Shown here: one piece after another, positions 28,269-37,568 of the stretch | Numbering within the stretch: position 1 is the stretch's first letter | Layout of the letters: the number at the start of each line of letters is the position of its first letter | From: an uncultured delta proteobacterium | Lineage (GTDB): Bacteria > Desulfobacterota > Desulfobacteria > Desulfobacterales > Desulfosalsimonadaceae | NCBI GenBank assembly: GCA_963826785.1 | Contig: CAWGYD010000006.1 | Coordinates: forward strand, 448,001 to 512,000 | DNA length: 64,000 nucleotides | Direction of reading: 5' to 3' | Notes under the pieces: model-generated | The model's database searches: none | What the model was told of the DNA's origin: nothing | The model's input: the letters and a program-made list of their open reading frames with translations, nothing else | Made by a program: the position numbers and the translations under genes

Positions 28269-30224
28269 ATGAAAAAGTCCGTTGCGCTAAAGCTCATCGA
28301 GGCGCACCTGGTTTCCGGTGAGATGTCGCCGGGCAGCGAAATCGGCCTGAGGATCGATCAGACCCTGACCCAGGACGCCACCGGCACCATGGTGATGCTG
28401 GAGCTTGAAGCCATGCAGATCGACCGGGTCCGGACGGAGCTGTCCGCGCAGTATGTGGACCACAACCTGGTTCAGCAGGATTTCCGGAACCCGGATGACC
28501 ATCTGTTTTTGCTCAGTGCCTGCCGGCGTTTCGGGGTGTGGTACAGCCGTCCCGGCAACGGGGTGAGCCATCCGCTGCACATGGAGCGCTTCGGCGTGCC
28601 CGGAAAGACGCTGCTGGGATCGGACAGCCACACTCCGGCGGCCGGTGCGCTGGGCATGCTGGCCATGGGCGCGGGCGGACTGCAGGTGGCACTGGCCATG
28701 GCCGGGGAGCCGACTTTTATCACCATGCCCAAAATCATGGGGGTAAAGCTTACCGGGAAGCTGCCCGACTGGGTCAGCGCCAAGGATGTGATCCTGGAGA
28801 TGCTGCGGCGCCACGGGGTGTCCGGCGGGTTCGGCAGGATCATCGAATATTACGGCCCCGGCCTGGAATCGCTCACCGCCATGGACCGGCATGTCATCGC
28901 CAACATGGGGACGGAACTGGGGGCCACCACCACCGTGTTCCCCTCGGACGGGACGGTCCGGGATTTCTTGCGCATGCAGGGCAGAGAAGATGCCTGGCGG
29001 GAGATCACGGCCGATCCCGATGCCGCATATGACGAGCATGATGAAATCGATCTGTCCGGCCTGGTTCCGCTCATCGCCCTGCCCAGCAGCCCCGGCAATG
29101 TGGTGACCGTGGAGTCGGTGGCGGGAAAGGAAATCTATCAGTCCTATCTGGGATCTTCGGCCAATCCGGGCTTCCGGGATCTGGCCGTGCCGGCCCTGAT
29201 CGTGGCAGGCCGGAAAATCGATGACCGTGTCTCCTTTGATATCAACCCCGCCTCCCGGCAGATCCTGGAGAACCTGATGGATCAGGGCTACATCGAAAAA
29301 CTGGTGCATGCCGGTGCCCGGGTTCACCAGCCCGGCTGCAACGGCTGCATCGGCATGGGGCAGGCCCCGGCATCGGGCTCCATCAGCCTGCGCACGGTGC
29401 CCAGGAATTTTCCGGGCCGGTCCGGCACCAAAAATGATCAGGTCTATCTCTGCAGCCCCGAAACGGCTACCGTGTCGGCGCTGTTCGGAAAGATCACCGA
29501 TCCCCGCAGCATGGATATGAAATACCCGCAGGTGACCGAAACCGTCGGCATCCGGATCAACACCCGGCTTCTGGTCCCGCCGGAAGATCAAAAGGCGCCG
29601 GTTGAGCTTCAGAAGGGGCCGAACATCAAGCCGCTCCCCGAATTCGATCCCCTGCCGGAAGCCCTTGAAGGCCCGGTGCTGTTAAAGACCGGAAATGACG
29701 TGTCCACCGATGAGATCATGCCCGCCGGGCTAAAGACGCTTCCCTACCGCAGCAATATCCCGGAAATCAGCAAGTCCACTTTCCGCCAGGTGGACGAGTC
29801 CTTCTATGAACGGGCCCTTTCCTATCAGAAAAAAGGGAGCTTCGTGGTGGGCGGTGCAAATTACGGCCAGGGCTCCAGCCGGGAGCACGCGGCGCTGGGG
29901 CCGCGCTTCTTGGGCGTACGGGGGGTGATCGCCAAATCCTTTGCCCGCATCCACCATGAGAACCTGTGCAATTTTGGAATCCTGCCTCTCACGTTTAAAA
30001 ATCCGGGCGATTATGAACGGATCGGCAGGGATGATGTCATACGGATTCCGGACCTGCGAAACCATCTTAAGAACGGGATGGAGATCGAGACGGAGAATGC
30101 CGCGAAAAAGGAGCGTTATGCCTTGACCCATCAGCTGACCCGGCGGCAGATCAACATGATACTGGCCGGCAGTCAGATTAATCTGATTCGCGAGAAACTC
30201 AAAAACGAGATCCCGCATTCCTGA
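28269..30224 (+). CDS. Aconitate hydratase (short type)
   Basis: TLTQDATGT, YVDHN, GSDSHT, GCNGCIGMG, RNFPGRSG, STDEIMP, NYGQGSSREHA. Confidence 0.93.
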   Translation: MKKSVALKLIEAHLVSGEMSPGSEIGLRIDQTLTQDATGTMVMLELEAMQIDRVRTELSAQYVDHNLVQQDFRNPDDHLFLLSACRRFGVWYSRPGNGVSHPLHMERFGVPGKTLLGSDSHTPAAGALGMLAMGAGGLQVALAMAGEPTFITMPKIMGVKLTGKLPDWVSAKDVILEMLRRHGVSGGFGRIIEYYGPGLESLTAMDRHVIANMGTELGATTTVFPSDGTVRDFLRMQGREDAWREITADPDAAYDEHDEIDLSGLVPLIALPSSPGNVVTVESVAGKEIYQSYLGSSANPGFRDLAVPALIVAGRKIDDRVSFDINPASRQILENLMDQGYIEKLVHAGARVHQPGCNGCIGMGQAPASGSISLRTVPRNFPGRSGTKNDQVYLCSPETATVSALFGKITDPRSMDMKYPQVTETVGIRINTRLLVPPEDQKAPVELQKGPNIKPLPEFDPLPEALEGPVLLKTGNDVSTDEIMPAGLKTLPYRSNIPEISKSTFRQVDESFYERALSYQKKGSFVVGGANYGQGSSREHAALGPRFLGVRGVIAKSFARIHHENLCNFGILPLTFKNPGDYERIGRDDVIRIPDLRNHLKNGMEIETENAAKKERYALTHQLTRRQINMILAGSQINLIREKLKNEIPHS

Positions 30225-30253
30225 GCCCGATCCATTCGAAAGCAAACAACGCC

Positions 30254-30904
30254 ATGACCCGAATCAAAAAACAGAAGCAGATCATGCTCGAAAAGCATCT
30301 CAAGGGCAGGGGGATAACGGATGAAGCGGTCCTGCGGGCCATGGCCGAGGTCCCCCGGGAAGCGTTTGTCCCCGAATCCCAGGCCGAGTACGCCTACCAG
30401 GATTCGCCGCTTCCCATCGGCGAAGGCCAGACCATATCCCAGCCCTACATCGTGGCGGCCATGACCCAGTTTCTGGAATTGAAACGCCATGACCGGGTTC
30501 TTGAAATCGGCACCGGCTCGGGATACGCAGTGGCGATTTTAAGCCGCATCGTGGATTCGGTCTTTACGGTGGAACGGTATCGGAGCCTCTCGGACAGGGC
30601 GGTGCGCCGATTGACGGAACTGGGCTACGACAACATTGTCTTTATGGTGGGTGACGGAACCCTGGGGTGGCCCGAGCATGCGCCCTATGATGCCATCGTG
30701 GTGACGGCGGGCGCTCCGGAAGTGCCCAGGCCCTTAAAGGAGCAGCTTGCCGTAGGGGGAAGGCTGGTGATCCCCGCCGGTTCGCGGCCCATGGAGCAGG
30801 AACTGATCCGGATTCGCAGGGTCTCTGAAGTCGATTACGAACAGGAATTTCTGGCCATGGTCCGCTTCGTGCCGCTGGTGGGCGAAGCCGGATGGCCGCA
30901 GTAG
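30254..30904 (+). CDS. pcm: Protein-L-isoaspartate O-methyltransferase
   Basis: PIGEGQTISQP, VLEIGTGSGY, APYDAIVVTA, VRFVPLVG. Confidence 0.95.
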   Translation: MTRIKKQKQIMLEKHLKGRGITDEAVLRAMAEVPREAFVPESQAEYAYQDSPLPIGEGQTISQPYIVAAMTQFLELKRHDRVLEIGTGSGYAVAILSRIVDSVFTVERYRSLSDRAVRRLTELGYDNIVFMVGDGTLGWPEHAPYDAIVVTAGAPEVPRPLKEQLAVGGRLVIPAGSRPMEQELIRIRRVSEVDYEQEFLAMVRFVPLVGEAGWPQ

Positions 30905-31129
30905 CGGGTCCACGTATCCGGGCCGTATTTTCTCAGAGTTTGATCTCTCCTCCACACATCACCCCTTCCGCCGCCCAGCGGCATAAACGCCCCCCTTTGA
31001 CGTCACATGAACCATGCCTTATGTTTTTATCAGGCGCGGGTTGAGCATCAGAACGAAAACGGGTGTGGGATCCATCTTGTTCAGCCCTTGCCCAAACGCA
31101 AACCAAAATCCCATTGGGAGGGATCATAC

Positions 31130-31900
31130 ATGACCAGTGAAGCCGATTTTAAAAAGATACTCCTGGACCGGCGGCGACAGCTCATGGAAGACCGCGATCA
31201 GGCCGAGGCGGTCTGGGACCGGTCACATGAGACGGAAATCGAATTCGAGGAAACCGCGGCCAAAGCCCAGCGGGCCCGGGAATTCGATATCCTGCAGGAG
31301 CGGGAATATGCCGAAATCGGTGCCATAGACCGGGCCCTTGGCAAAATCGATTCCGGCGGCTTCGGAGAGTGTGAGAACTGCGGGGCGCCCATCGGTGAAA
31401 AACGCCTGGAAGCGATTCCCTGGACGACGCTGTGCATCGAGTGCGCCTCCCTTCCGCCCGAGCAAAGGGCGGTGGAAAACCCCGACGAGTTCGAATCCGA
31501 AACCGGGTCGCCGGCAAACGAGCTGACGGATCAGGAAATCAAAGACATGATCGAGGATGAACTGCGTCAGGACGGCACGGTGGAGATTCAAGACCTGGTC
31601 GTCACCAGTGAAAACGGGGTTATCCGCCTTGACGGGGTGCTCCCCAGCCCCACGGAGCATGAATTCCTGATCCGGATTGTCCAGGACGTGCTGGGCTTTC
31701 ATGATTATACGGACAATATTCTCATCGACCGGGTGGCCTGGGAGCGTCGTGACCGGACCCCCGGAAGAAGAGCGCGGCATGAACCGGACAAAGAGATTAT
31801 GATGGGGGGGGAAGAAACCGATGAAAACGTTTACCGGTCCCGGCGGGATGGGACTCCGGTGAGCCCACCGGACAAGTTTGTCCCCGAACAGGATCGCTGA
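31130..31900 (+). CDS. TraR/DksA C4 zinc-finger protein fused to BON-like domain and acidic tail
   Basis: Coiled coil, CENC-x17-CIEC with RLEAIPW; then LTDQEIK..I.DEL...V.SENGVIRLDG.LPS (BON-like). Confidence 0.82.
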   Translation: MTSEADFKKILLDRRRQLMEDRDQAEAVWDRSHETEIEFEETAAKAQRAREFDILQEREYAEIGAIDRALGKIDSGGFGECENCGAPIGEKRLEAIPWTTLCIECASLPPEQRAVENPDEFESETGSPANELTDQEIKDMIEDELRQDGTVEIQDLVVTSENGVIRLDGVLPSPTEHEFLIRIVQDVLGFHDYTDNILIDRVAWERRDRTPGRRARHEPDKEIMMGGEETDENVYRSRRDGTPVSPPDKFVPEQDR

Positions 31901-32004
31901 TGTCTTTTCATTGTTTTCGTGTCCCCAATGATTTAGAACCCTTGCCGCTCCATGAAGCCCTGGAGCGATGAATCCAATATAAACGTATAAAGCGAGGTGT
32001 CAGA

Positions 32005-32628
32005 ATGAGGGTTCCGCTGGAAATTACCTATCGAAATGTGGAAAAAACAGATTTTATCGAAAACATTATCCGGGAAAAAGCGGCCAAGCTGGACGGTTAT
32101 CATGACGGCATCATCAGCTGCCGGGTTTCCGTGGAGCAGCCGCAGGAATTTCAAAAATCCGGAAACCCCTACCGGGTTCGCATCGGCGTGCGGGTTCCGC
32201 CCGGAAAGGAGTTGGTGGTCCGCCGGGAACTCGGAGAGGGACAGATGCATGAGTCGCTGCGCACGGTGGTCACCGACGCGTTCAAGACCCTGGCGCGGCA
32301 GTTGAAAAAGCAAAAGGGTAAACAGCACGGCGACGTCAAGGTGCATACGGATATGTACGAAGCGGCCCTGGTGGTGCGAATGTTTCCGGAAGACGAATAC
32401 GGGTTCGTCAAAACCCTCACCGGCCGGGAAGTCTACTTTCATCGCAACAGCGTGTTGAATGACGATTTTGACCGGCTGGAAATTGGAACCGGGGTCCGGA
32501 TTTTTGTAACCGATGGCGATAAGGGCCCCCAGGCCAGCACGGTTCAGCTCGAAGACAAGCCGGGCGTCCGGGCGGCGAAAACAGATGAAGATGCCGTGGG
32601 CATGCCCGCGGACTGGGAACGCCGATAA
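32005..32628 (+). CDS. HPF/RaiA ribosome-associated protein with C-terminal cold-shock domain
   Basis: PLEITYRNV, IISCRVSVE, VPPGKELVV; YGFVKT..GREVYFHRNSVL...GPQASTV. Confidence 0.9.
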   Translation: MRVPLEITYRNVEKTDFIENIIREKAAKLDGYHDGIISCRVSVEQPQEFQKSGNPYRVRIGVRVPPGKELVVRRELGEGQMHESLRTVVTDAFKTLARQLKKQKGKQHGDVKVHTDMYEAALVVRMFPEDEYGFVKTLTGREVYFHRNSVLNDDFDRLEIGTGVRIFVTDGDKGPQASTVQLEDKPGVRAAKTDEDAVGMPADWERR

Positions 32629-32664
32629 AGATTTAATCATGAAGCTAAAAGGAGGTGATGTCTG

Positions 32665-32880
32665 ATGAATGCCGGCGAACAGGAAACGAAAACCTGCCCC
32701 GAATGCGAAGGCACCGGAAAAATCAGTTCCCAGAACTGCAGTGCCTGTGAAGGGGAGGGCAGGATCATCATACATTCCCATACCCATCGGCACGGGGAAG
32801 CCGATCATGATCATCCCCACTCCCACCCGGAGCCGCATCGCCCCGGTGAGAACGTCGAACATTCCCACCGGCACCGATAA
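32665..32880 (+). CDS. Small DnaJ-type CxxCxGxG zinc-finger protein with His-rich tail
   Basis: CPECEGTG and CSACEGEG, then HSHTHRH...HDHPHSH...HSHRH; AGGAGG RBS. Confidence 0.8.
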   Translation: MNAGEQETKTCPECEGTGKISSQNCSACEGEGRIIIHSHTHRHGEADHDHPHSHPEPHRPGENVEHSHRHR

Positions 32881-32908
32881 GCAATCCGTGCAACAGCGCC
32901 GGGCGCGC

Positions 32909-34183
32909 TTACGCGTCCGGTGCTTTGCCATCCACCCGGGACAGGACCCAGGCACCGGCGACAAACAGGATCAGGATGCTTAAAATCCCCCACCGGGACT
33001 GTCCGGTGGCCATGCCCACCACCCCCATGAGAAAGGGGCCGGTGATGGTGGCAAACTTGCCGAAAATGTTGTAGAATCCGAAAAACTCAGCGCTGCGGTC
33101 CAGCGGAATCAGCTTCCCGAAATAGCTCCGGCTCAGGGCCTGGATTCCCCCCATGGAAGACCCCACCAGAAAGGAGAGGACCCAGAAAAGGGCCACCTTG
33201 ACGGACGGGTCGAAGGAGGGGAGCAGAAACGAGATGAGCGTGATGATGCAGTAGACGAAGATTCCCGCCATGATCATTCTTTTGGCGGAAAAGCGCTCCG
33301 CCAGCCGGCCGTAGAGAACGGCGAAGGGAAACGCGATGACCTGGATGAACAGGACCACGGCAATGAGCAGCCCGACGCCCAGCCCGATGTCCCGCCCGTA
33401 GGCGGCCGCCATGCTGATGACCGTATCCACCCCGTCGATATAGAGAAAATAGGCCAGAAGGAACAGAAAAACGGACCGATGCTGCCGGATTTCCGAAAAT
33501 GTATCGGCCAGCCGTCTGAAACTGTCGGCCACCGGCGTGGAAGAAGGCGGGATGAAGTGGACCTGCCGGACATTTTTGACCAGGGGGATGGAAAAAAGGA
33601 GCCACCAGAGGGCCACGATGACAAACCCGATCTTTGCAGGCCCCTGGGGAAGCGTGCCGGGCGAATCCCCGGAGCCGGACATGAGCAGGCCGATAATGAC
33701 CAGGAAGGGGATCACGCTCCCGATGTATCCGAACGCATATCCGTAGGCGGATACCCGGTCCATCCGCTCGGGGGGGGCCACATCCACGATGAAGGAATCA
33801 TAGAAAATGTTGGCCCCGGCCCATCCCACCCGGGCGGCCACGAATAAAAAGATGCACATCCGCCAGTCGCCTTCCCCCACCACCGGCAGAAGCAGGGTGA
33901 ATGCCATTCCCATGAGGGCAAAAAAAGCGAAGAAACGCTTCTTGCTGCCCTTGTAGTCCGCAAACGTGCCCATCACCGGGGCCAGCAAAGCCAGGATCAG
34001 GGATGCAAACGAATTGGCAAAGCCCCAGTTTGCCGTGGAGACCGCATCCGGAACCCCGGCGGAGGCGATATCCTTGAAAAAAATGGGCATGATGGTGGTA
34101 ACGACCACCAGCACAAAAGCGCTGTTGCCCACATCGTAGAGCATCCAGCTGAGTTCGGTTCGGGTCAGACCGGGTTTTTTCAC
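32909..34183 (-). CDS. MFS transporter (UMF1/BtlA/ATG22-like)
   Basis: SWMLYDVGNSAF, IFYDSF, FLYIDGV, GGIQALSRS, EFFGFYNIFGK. Confidence 0.92.
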   Translation of the reverse strand: MKKPGLTRTELSWMLYDVGNSAFVLVVVTTIMPIFFKDIASAGVPDAVSTANWGFANSFASLILALLAPVMGTFADYKGSKKRFFAFFALMGMAFTLLLPVVGEGDWRMCIFLFVAARVGWAGANIFYDSFIVDVAPPERMDRVSAYGYAFGYIGSVIPFLVIIGLLMSGSGDSPGTLPQGPAKIGFVIVALWWLLFSIPLVKNVRQVHFIPPSSTPVADSFRRLADTFSEIRQHRSVFLFLLAYFLYIDGVDTVISMAAAYGRDIGLGVGLLIAVVLFIQVIAFPFAVLYGRLAERFSAKRMIMAGIFVYCIITLISFLLPSFDPSVKVALFWVLSFLVGSSMGGIQALSRSYFGKLIPLDRSAEFFGFYNIFGKFATITGPFLMGVVGMATGQSRWGILSILILFVAGAWVLSRVDGKAPDA

Positions 34184-34357
34184 CGCCGTCTCCGGAAAAG
34201 ATATTGAATCGTCACCGCTTCTGGTTGACTATAAAATTTCATGGTCATACCATTTTTGCAAACAAATACATCGTGGCCGGCCCACGTTTTCGGGGAGGGC
34301 GAATTTATGATTTTTCCGACTTCATCATAAAAATTGAGTGGTGTAAAGGAGCCAGGG

Positions 34358-35173
34358 ATGACGACAATACCTGAAATTGAGAATGCTGCCGAAATCCTGT
34401 CCGCCGCCGAACATGCGGTGGCCTCCTGCGGGGCCGGGATATCGGCGGAAAGCGGGATTGCCACTTTCCGGGATCCCGGCGGGGTCTGGGACAAACTCAA
34501 CCCGGCGGAGGTGGGCACCACCGGCGGATTAATGGAAGTGCTGACCCGGAATCCGGAAAAACTGCTCCCTTTTTTCCTGGAGCTGCTGAATGCATTTGAC
34601 GCCGCCGAACCCAATGCGGCGCACCGGGCCCTCTATGAGCTGGGTCAAATGGGCATCTTAAAGACCGTGGTCACCCAGAATATCGACAACCTGCAGCAGG
34701 AGGCGGGAAGCAGCGATGTCATCGAAGTTCACGGCAATGCGTTTCGTCTGTCCTGCACCGCCTGTGCGCGCACCGAAATCCGGAACCGGCGGACATTGAT
34801 CAACGACATCCGGCAACGGATTTTCAAAATGGCCGGATTTACCCTTCCCGCTATTCTGGAAATGATGGAGACCTGCGCCGACTGCGGGGCGGTAATGCGC
34901 CCGGACGTGGTCATGTTCGGTGAGACAGTCCGCGACATCCCCCGGGCTTTTTCTGCGGCCAGAGCATGTGATGTCCTTCTGGCCATCGGGACCTCGGGCG
35001 TGGTTTATCCAGCCGCCTACCTGCCGTTTGAAGCCAGGGACGCGGGTGCGGCGGTCATCGTGATCAATCCCAACGAAAACCCCTTTTCCGCCATTTCCGA
35101 CGTGTATATCCCCGGCAAAGCCGCCGAGGTCATGCCCGAACTGGTCGAGGCCGTCAGGCAAATCAGGCGTTGA
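34358..35173 (+). CDS. cobB: Sir2-family NAD-dependent deacylase
   Basis: GAGISAESGIATFR, TQNIDNL, EVHGN, two CxxC, RPDVVMFGE, IGTSGVVYPAA. Confidence 0.92.
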   Translation: MTTIPEIENAAEILSAAEHAVASCGAGISAESGIATFRDPGGVWDKLNPAEVGTTGGLMEVLTRNPEKLLPFFLELLNAFDAAEPNAAHRALYELGQMGILKTVVTQNIDNLQQEAGSSDVIEVHGNAFRLSCTACARTEIRNRRTLINDIRQRIFKMAGFTLPAILEMMETCADCGAVMRPDVVMFGETVRDIPRAFSAARACDVLLAIGTSGVVYPAAYLPFEARDAGAAVIVINPNENPFSAISDVYIPGKAAEVMPELVEAVRQIRR

Positions 35174-35249
35174 ATTTTCTCATTTTCAATGATCCACGCA
35201 GTCTTTGCGTCCCGGCGAGGGTCAAGCCGCAAAAGCGTTGAATCCCCCA

Positions 35250-36440
35250 TTATCTTACGATGGAGAACCCGAACCGCACCGCATGGGTCCGGCTGCGGTA
35301 ATCGAGCAGGCTTTCCGCCAGCATGTTGGCGTACTGGGCTTGCAGGTAGAGGTTGACGTTGTTGGAGATGAACCCATGGATGGGGTAGGTCAGGTCCACG
35401 CGCACCGAGGTGCCCTGGTCGGCAAACCGAAACAGGGATCCGACCACCAGTCTTTCGGCCTTGCCCGCTTTTATTTCGATTTCCGCATATCCCCTGTAAT
35501 CTGCAAGATCGGGATTGGTTTCGTTGTCATTTCCGATATAGGCCTGGAACCGGGGGGAAACGAGCAGCCCGTAGCGGGTGCGGGAATTGAAAAAAATCAT
35601 CATCGGTTTGATATAGGCATAATTGGTGCTTCTCGACTGGTCTCCGCCCAGGCCGTTGGATTCATGCTGGGTCCCCGTCTGAACGAACAGACCTTTCATC
35701 CATGAAGGTCTGAATTTTATATTGGGGGTGACGAAAAACAGTTCGGGCTTGTAGCTGGTGTCTTCAAACGGTGCGGAATCCGCTTTCAGGTCCCAGAAGG
35801 AGGTCTGGGTATAGGCCATGTAAATTCCCCGCAGGGAAGGGTGCCTGGAGATGAACGATCCCCCGGTATTCAGCAGCCGGTATTTCAGACTGATCTGGAA
35901 TTTGCTCTTCTTCGGGTCGGTTCCCACCAGGAAGTACATGGGCTGGTAGGCGCTCAAATTCACCAGGTAGGGCTGATACAGGGTGGACAGCGATTCCAGG
36001 GTGACGTCCGCCTCCTCTGACGGGCCACCCTGGGTTTCCGCGCCACGCGTTCCCGGAAAAGCAGCGGGGAGCACATAGAGCATCGCGCCTGCGGACGGCC
36101 ACTCAGGAAATTCCAGCCGGACCGGACCGGTAAGGCCGTCGGGCACCAGAAAGGCATACCGGCCGCACAGATACTGATTTTTTTCGAGCAGGGCCGATTG
36201 CGCCTTGGGCTCCACCGCGGTGGCGACAAAACTGGCCGAGGGCAGCGCCGGCACGCGGCAGGTAATGCGCGGGGGCAGCACCGCGGATGCCGGTTCCGCT
36301 TCGGAATTGAGCCGGCAGATGGACAACTCCGCCAGATCTCCGGTGTGGACCGGTTGATCCGGCGGGGAAATCACGGTTTCCATCCCGGCGGCAAACCGGA
36401 CCGGAAGAATCAGCAGCAGGAAAATGAGAGTGATCCGCAC
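35250..36440 (-). CDS. Outer-membrane phospholipase A1 with N-terminal extension
   Basis: KFQISLKY, AYTQTSFW, SAPFEDTSYKPE, catalytic HESNG; signal peptide. Confidence 0.88.
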   Translation of the reverse strand: MRITLIFLLLILPVRFAAGMETVISPPDQPVHTGDLAELSICRLNSEAEPASAVLPPRITCRVPALPSASFVATAVEPKAQSALLEKNQYLCGRYAFLVPDGLTGPVRLEFPEWPSAGAMLYVLPAAFPGTRGAETQGGPSEEADVTLESLSTLYQPYLVNLSAYQPMYFLVGTDPKKSKFQISLKYRLLNTGGSFISRHPSLRGIYMAYTQTSFWDLKADSAPFEDTSYKPELFFVTPNIKFRPSWMKGLFVQTGTQHESNGLGGDQSRSTNYAYIKPMMIFFNSRTRYGLLVSPRFQAYIGNDNETNPDLADYRGYAEIEIKAGKAERLVVGSLFRFADQGTSVRVDLTYPIHGFISNNVNLYLQAQYANMLAESLLDYRSRTHAVRFGFSIVR

Positions 36441-36544
36441 GTCTATCCTTTCTTGTTAGAATCGTCCATTGCATCGACTGCATTACTATAAACAACCACA
36501 CCGGATTTATCAATTTCTGATAGAAATGAAACGAGGCATCATGA

Positions 36545-36573
36545 TTGACATCGTAAGCGGGTATCATTACCCT
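36545..36573 (+). promoter_or_regulatory. Sigma-70 promoter candidate for nitroreductase
   Basis: TTGACA-17 bp-TACCCT. Confidence 0.45.
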
Positions 36574-36635
36574 GAAACAGGAAAGAATGACAAGAACATG
36601 CCCCGCTTTTTTTACGACTGAAAAGGAGAACGGAT

Positions 36636-37205
36636 ATGATGGCCTACGATGAACTGCTGAAAAAACGCCGGGCGGTCCGGCATTTTGAGGATCGGGAGGT
36701 GCCCGAATCGGTCATATCGGAAATCATTGCGGAGACCTGCATGGCGCCGAGTGCCGGAAACGGTCAGCCCTGGCAGTTTGCGGTCATCCGCAGCCGGGAG
36801 ATGATCGGCCGGCTCTCGCGTGAGAGCAAGGCGGCATTTCTGGAAGACATCGAGAAAAACCCGGATGCACCCATCCAAAAATATGAATCGGTGCTGCGCC
36901 TTGCGGAGTTCAACGTGTTCTACAACGCGCCCTGCCTGGTCCTGATCACCGGCGAGGTGTCCGTCCGGTCGCTCTATGTGGACTGCGGGCTGGCCGCGGC
37001 CTATTTCATGTTTTCCGCCGCCGCCCGGGGATTGGGCACCTGCTGGGTGGACCTGGGCGGAAACATCCGGGATGCGAAGACCCGGGAAGAGCTGGGCCTG
37101 ACGCCGGCCCACCGCATCGTGGCTCCCCTTATCGTGGGCTATCCGACCATGATTCCCGAGATGCCCAAGCGCGAACCGCCCAAAATTCTCAAGCAGATCG
37201 GTTGA
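36636..37205 (+). CDS. Nitroreductase family protein
   Basis: RRAVRHF, APSAGNGQPWQF, ARGLGTCW, VGYP. Confidence 0.92.
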   Translation: MMAYDELLKKRRAVRHFEDREVPESVISEIIAETCMAPSAGNGQPWQFAVIRSREMIGRLSRESKAAFLEDIEKNPDAPIQKYESVLRLAEFNVFYNAPCLVLITGEVSVRSLYVDCGLAAAYFMFSAAARGLGTCWVDLGGNIRDAKTREELGLTPAHRIVAPLIVGYPTMIPEMPKREPPKILKQIG

Positions 37206-37327
37206 ATGGCGGAAAAAGCGTCGGGCAAGCCAACTGAAATTTTATCGCAAGGATCGTAAACAGCTCCCCACCCCGAGCACGGTGTTTTTGCAGGAAGGCG
37301 CTTTCGAATCCTAACGGCCCCAGACGG

Positions 37328-37489
37328 CACACCCCCCTTTAATTCCCCCCTCAAGGGGGGATTAGATCTTGAAATGACGATTAAATTCCCCATCGAGGCG
37401 GTCAGGGGTATGTTTTGCAGAAAGGAATTTTAGACAGTCACCGGCGGCACCTTTTTATTCCCCCCTCGAGGGGGGGCAGGGGGGGTGTC
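37328..37489. repeat. Cluster of REP-like palindromes in inverted arrangement (BIME-like)
   Basis: Units at 37328-37363 (TCAA core), about 37385-37412 (degenerate) and 37457-37489 (TCGA core), between convergent genes. Confidence 0.72.
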
Positions 37490-37568
37490 GGACCGGTGAA
37501 AAATCAAAAGATAAACGGAGAAAATCGCTTTACCGAGTCAAGTTCCTTTGGATGCCGTTGTATAAAAG

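Noticed and set aside
27922..28272. 116-aa ORF before aconitase
   Set aside because: Mostly a translation of the MITE-like element.
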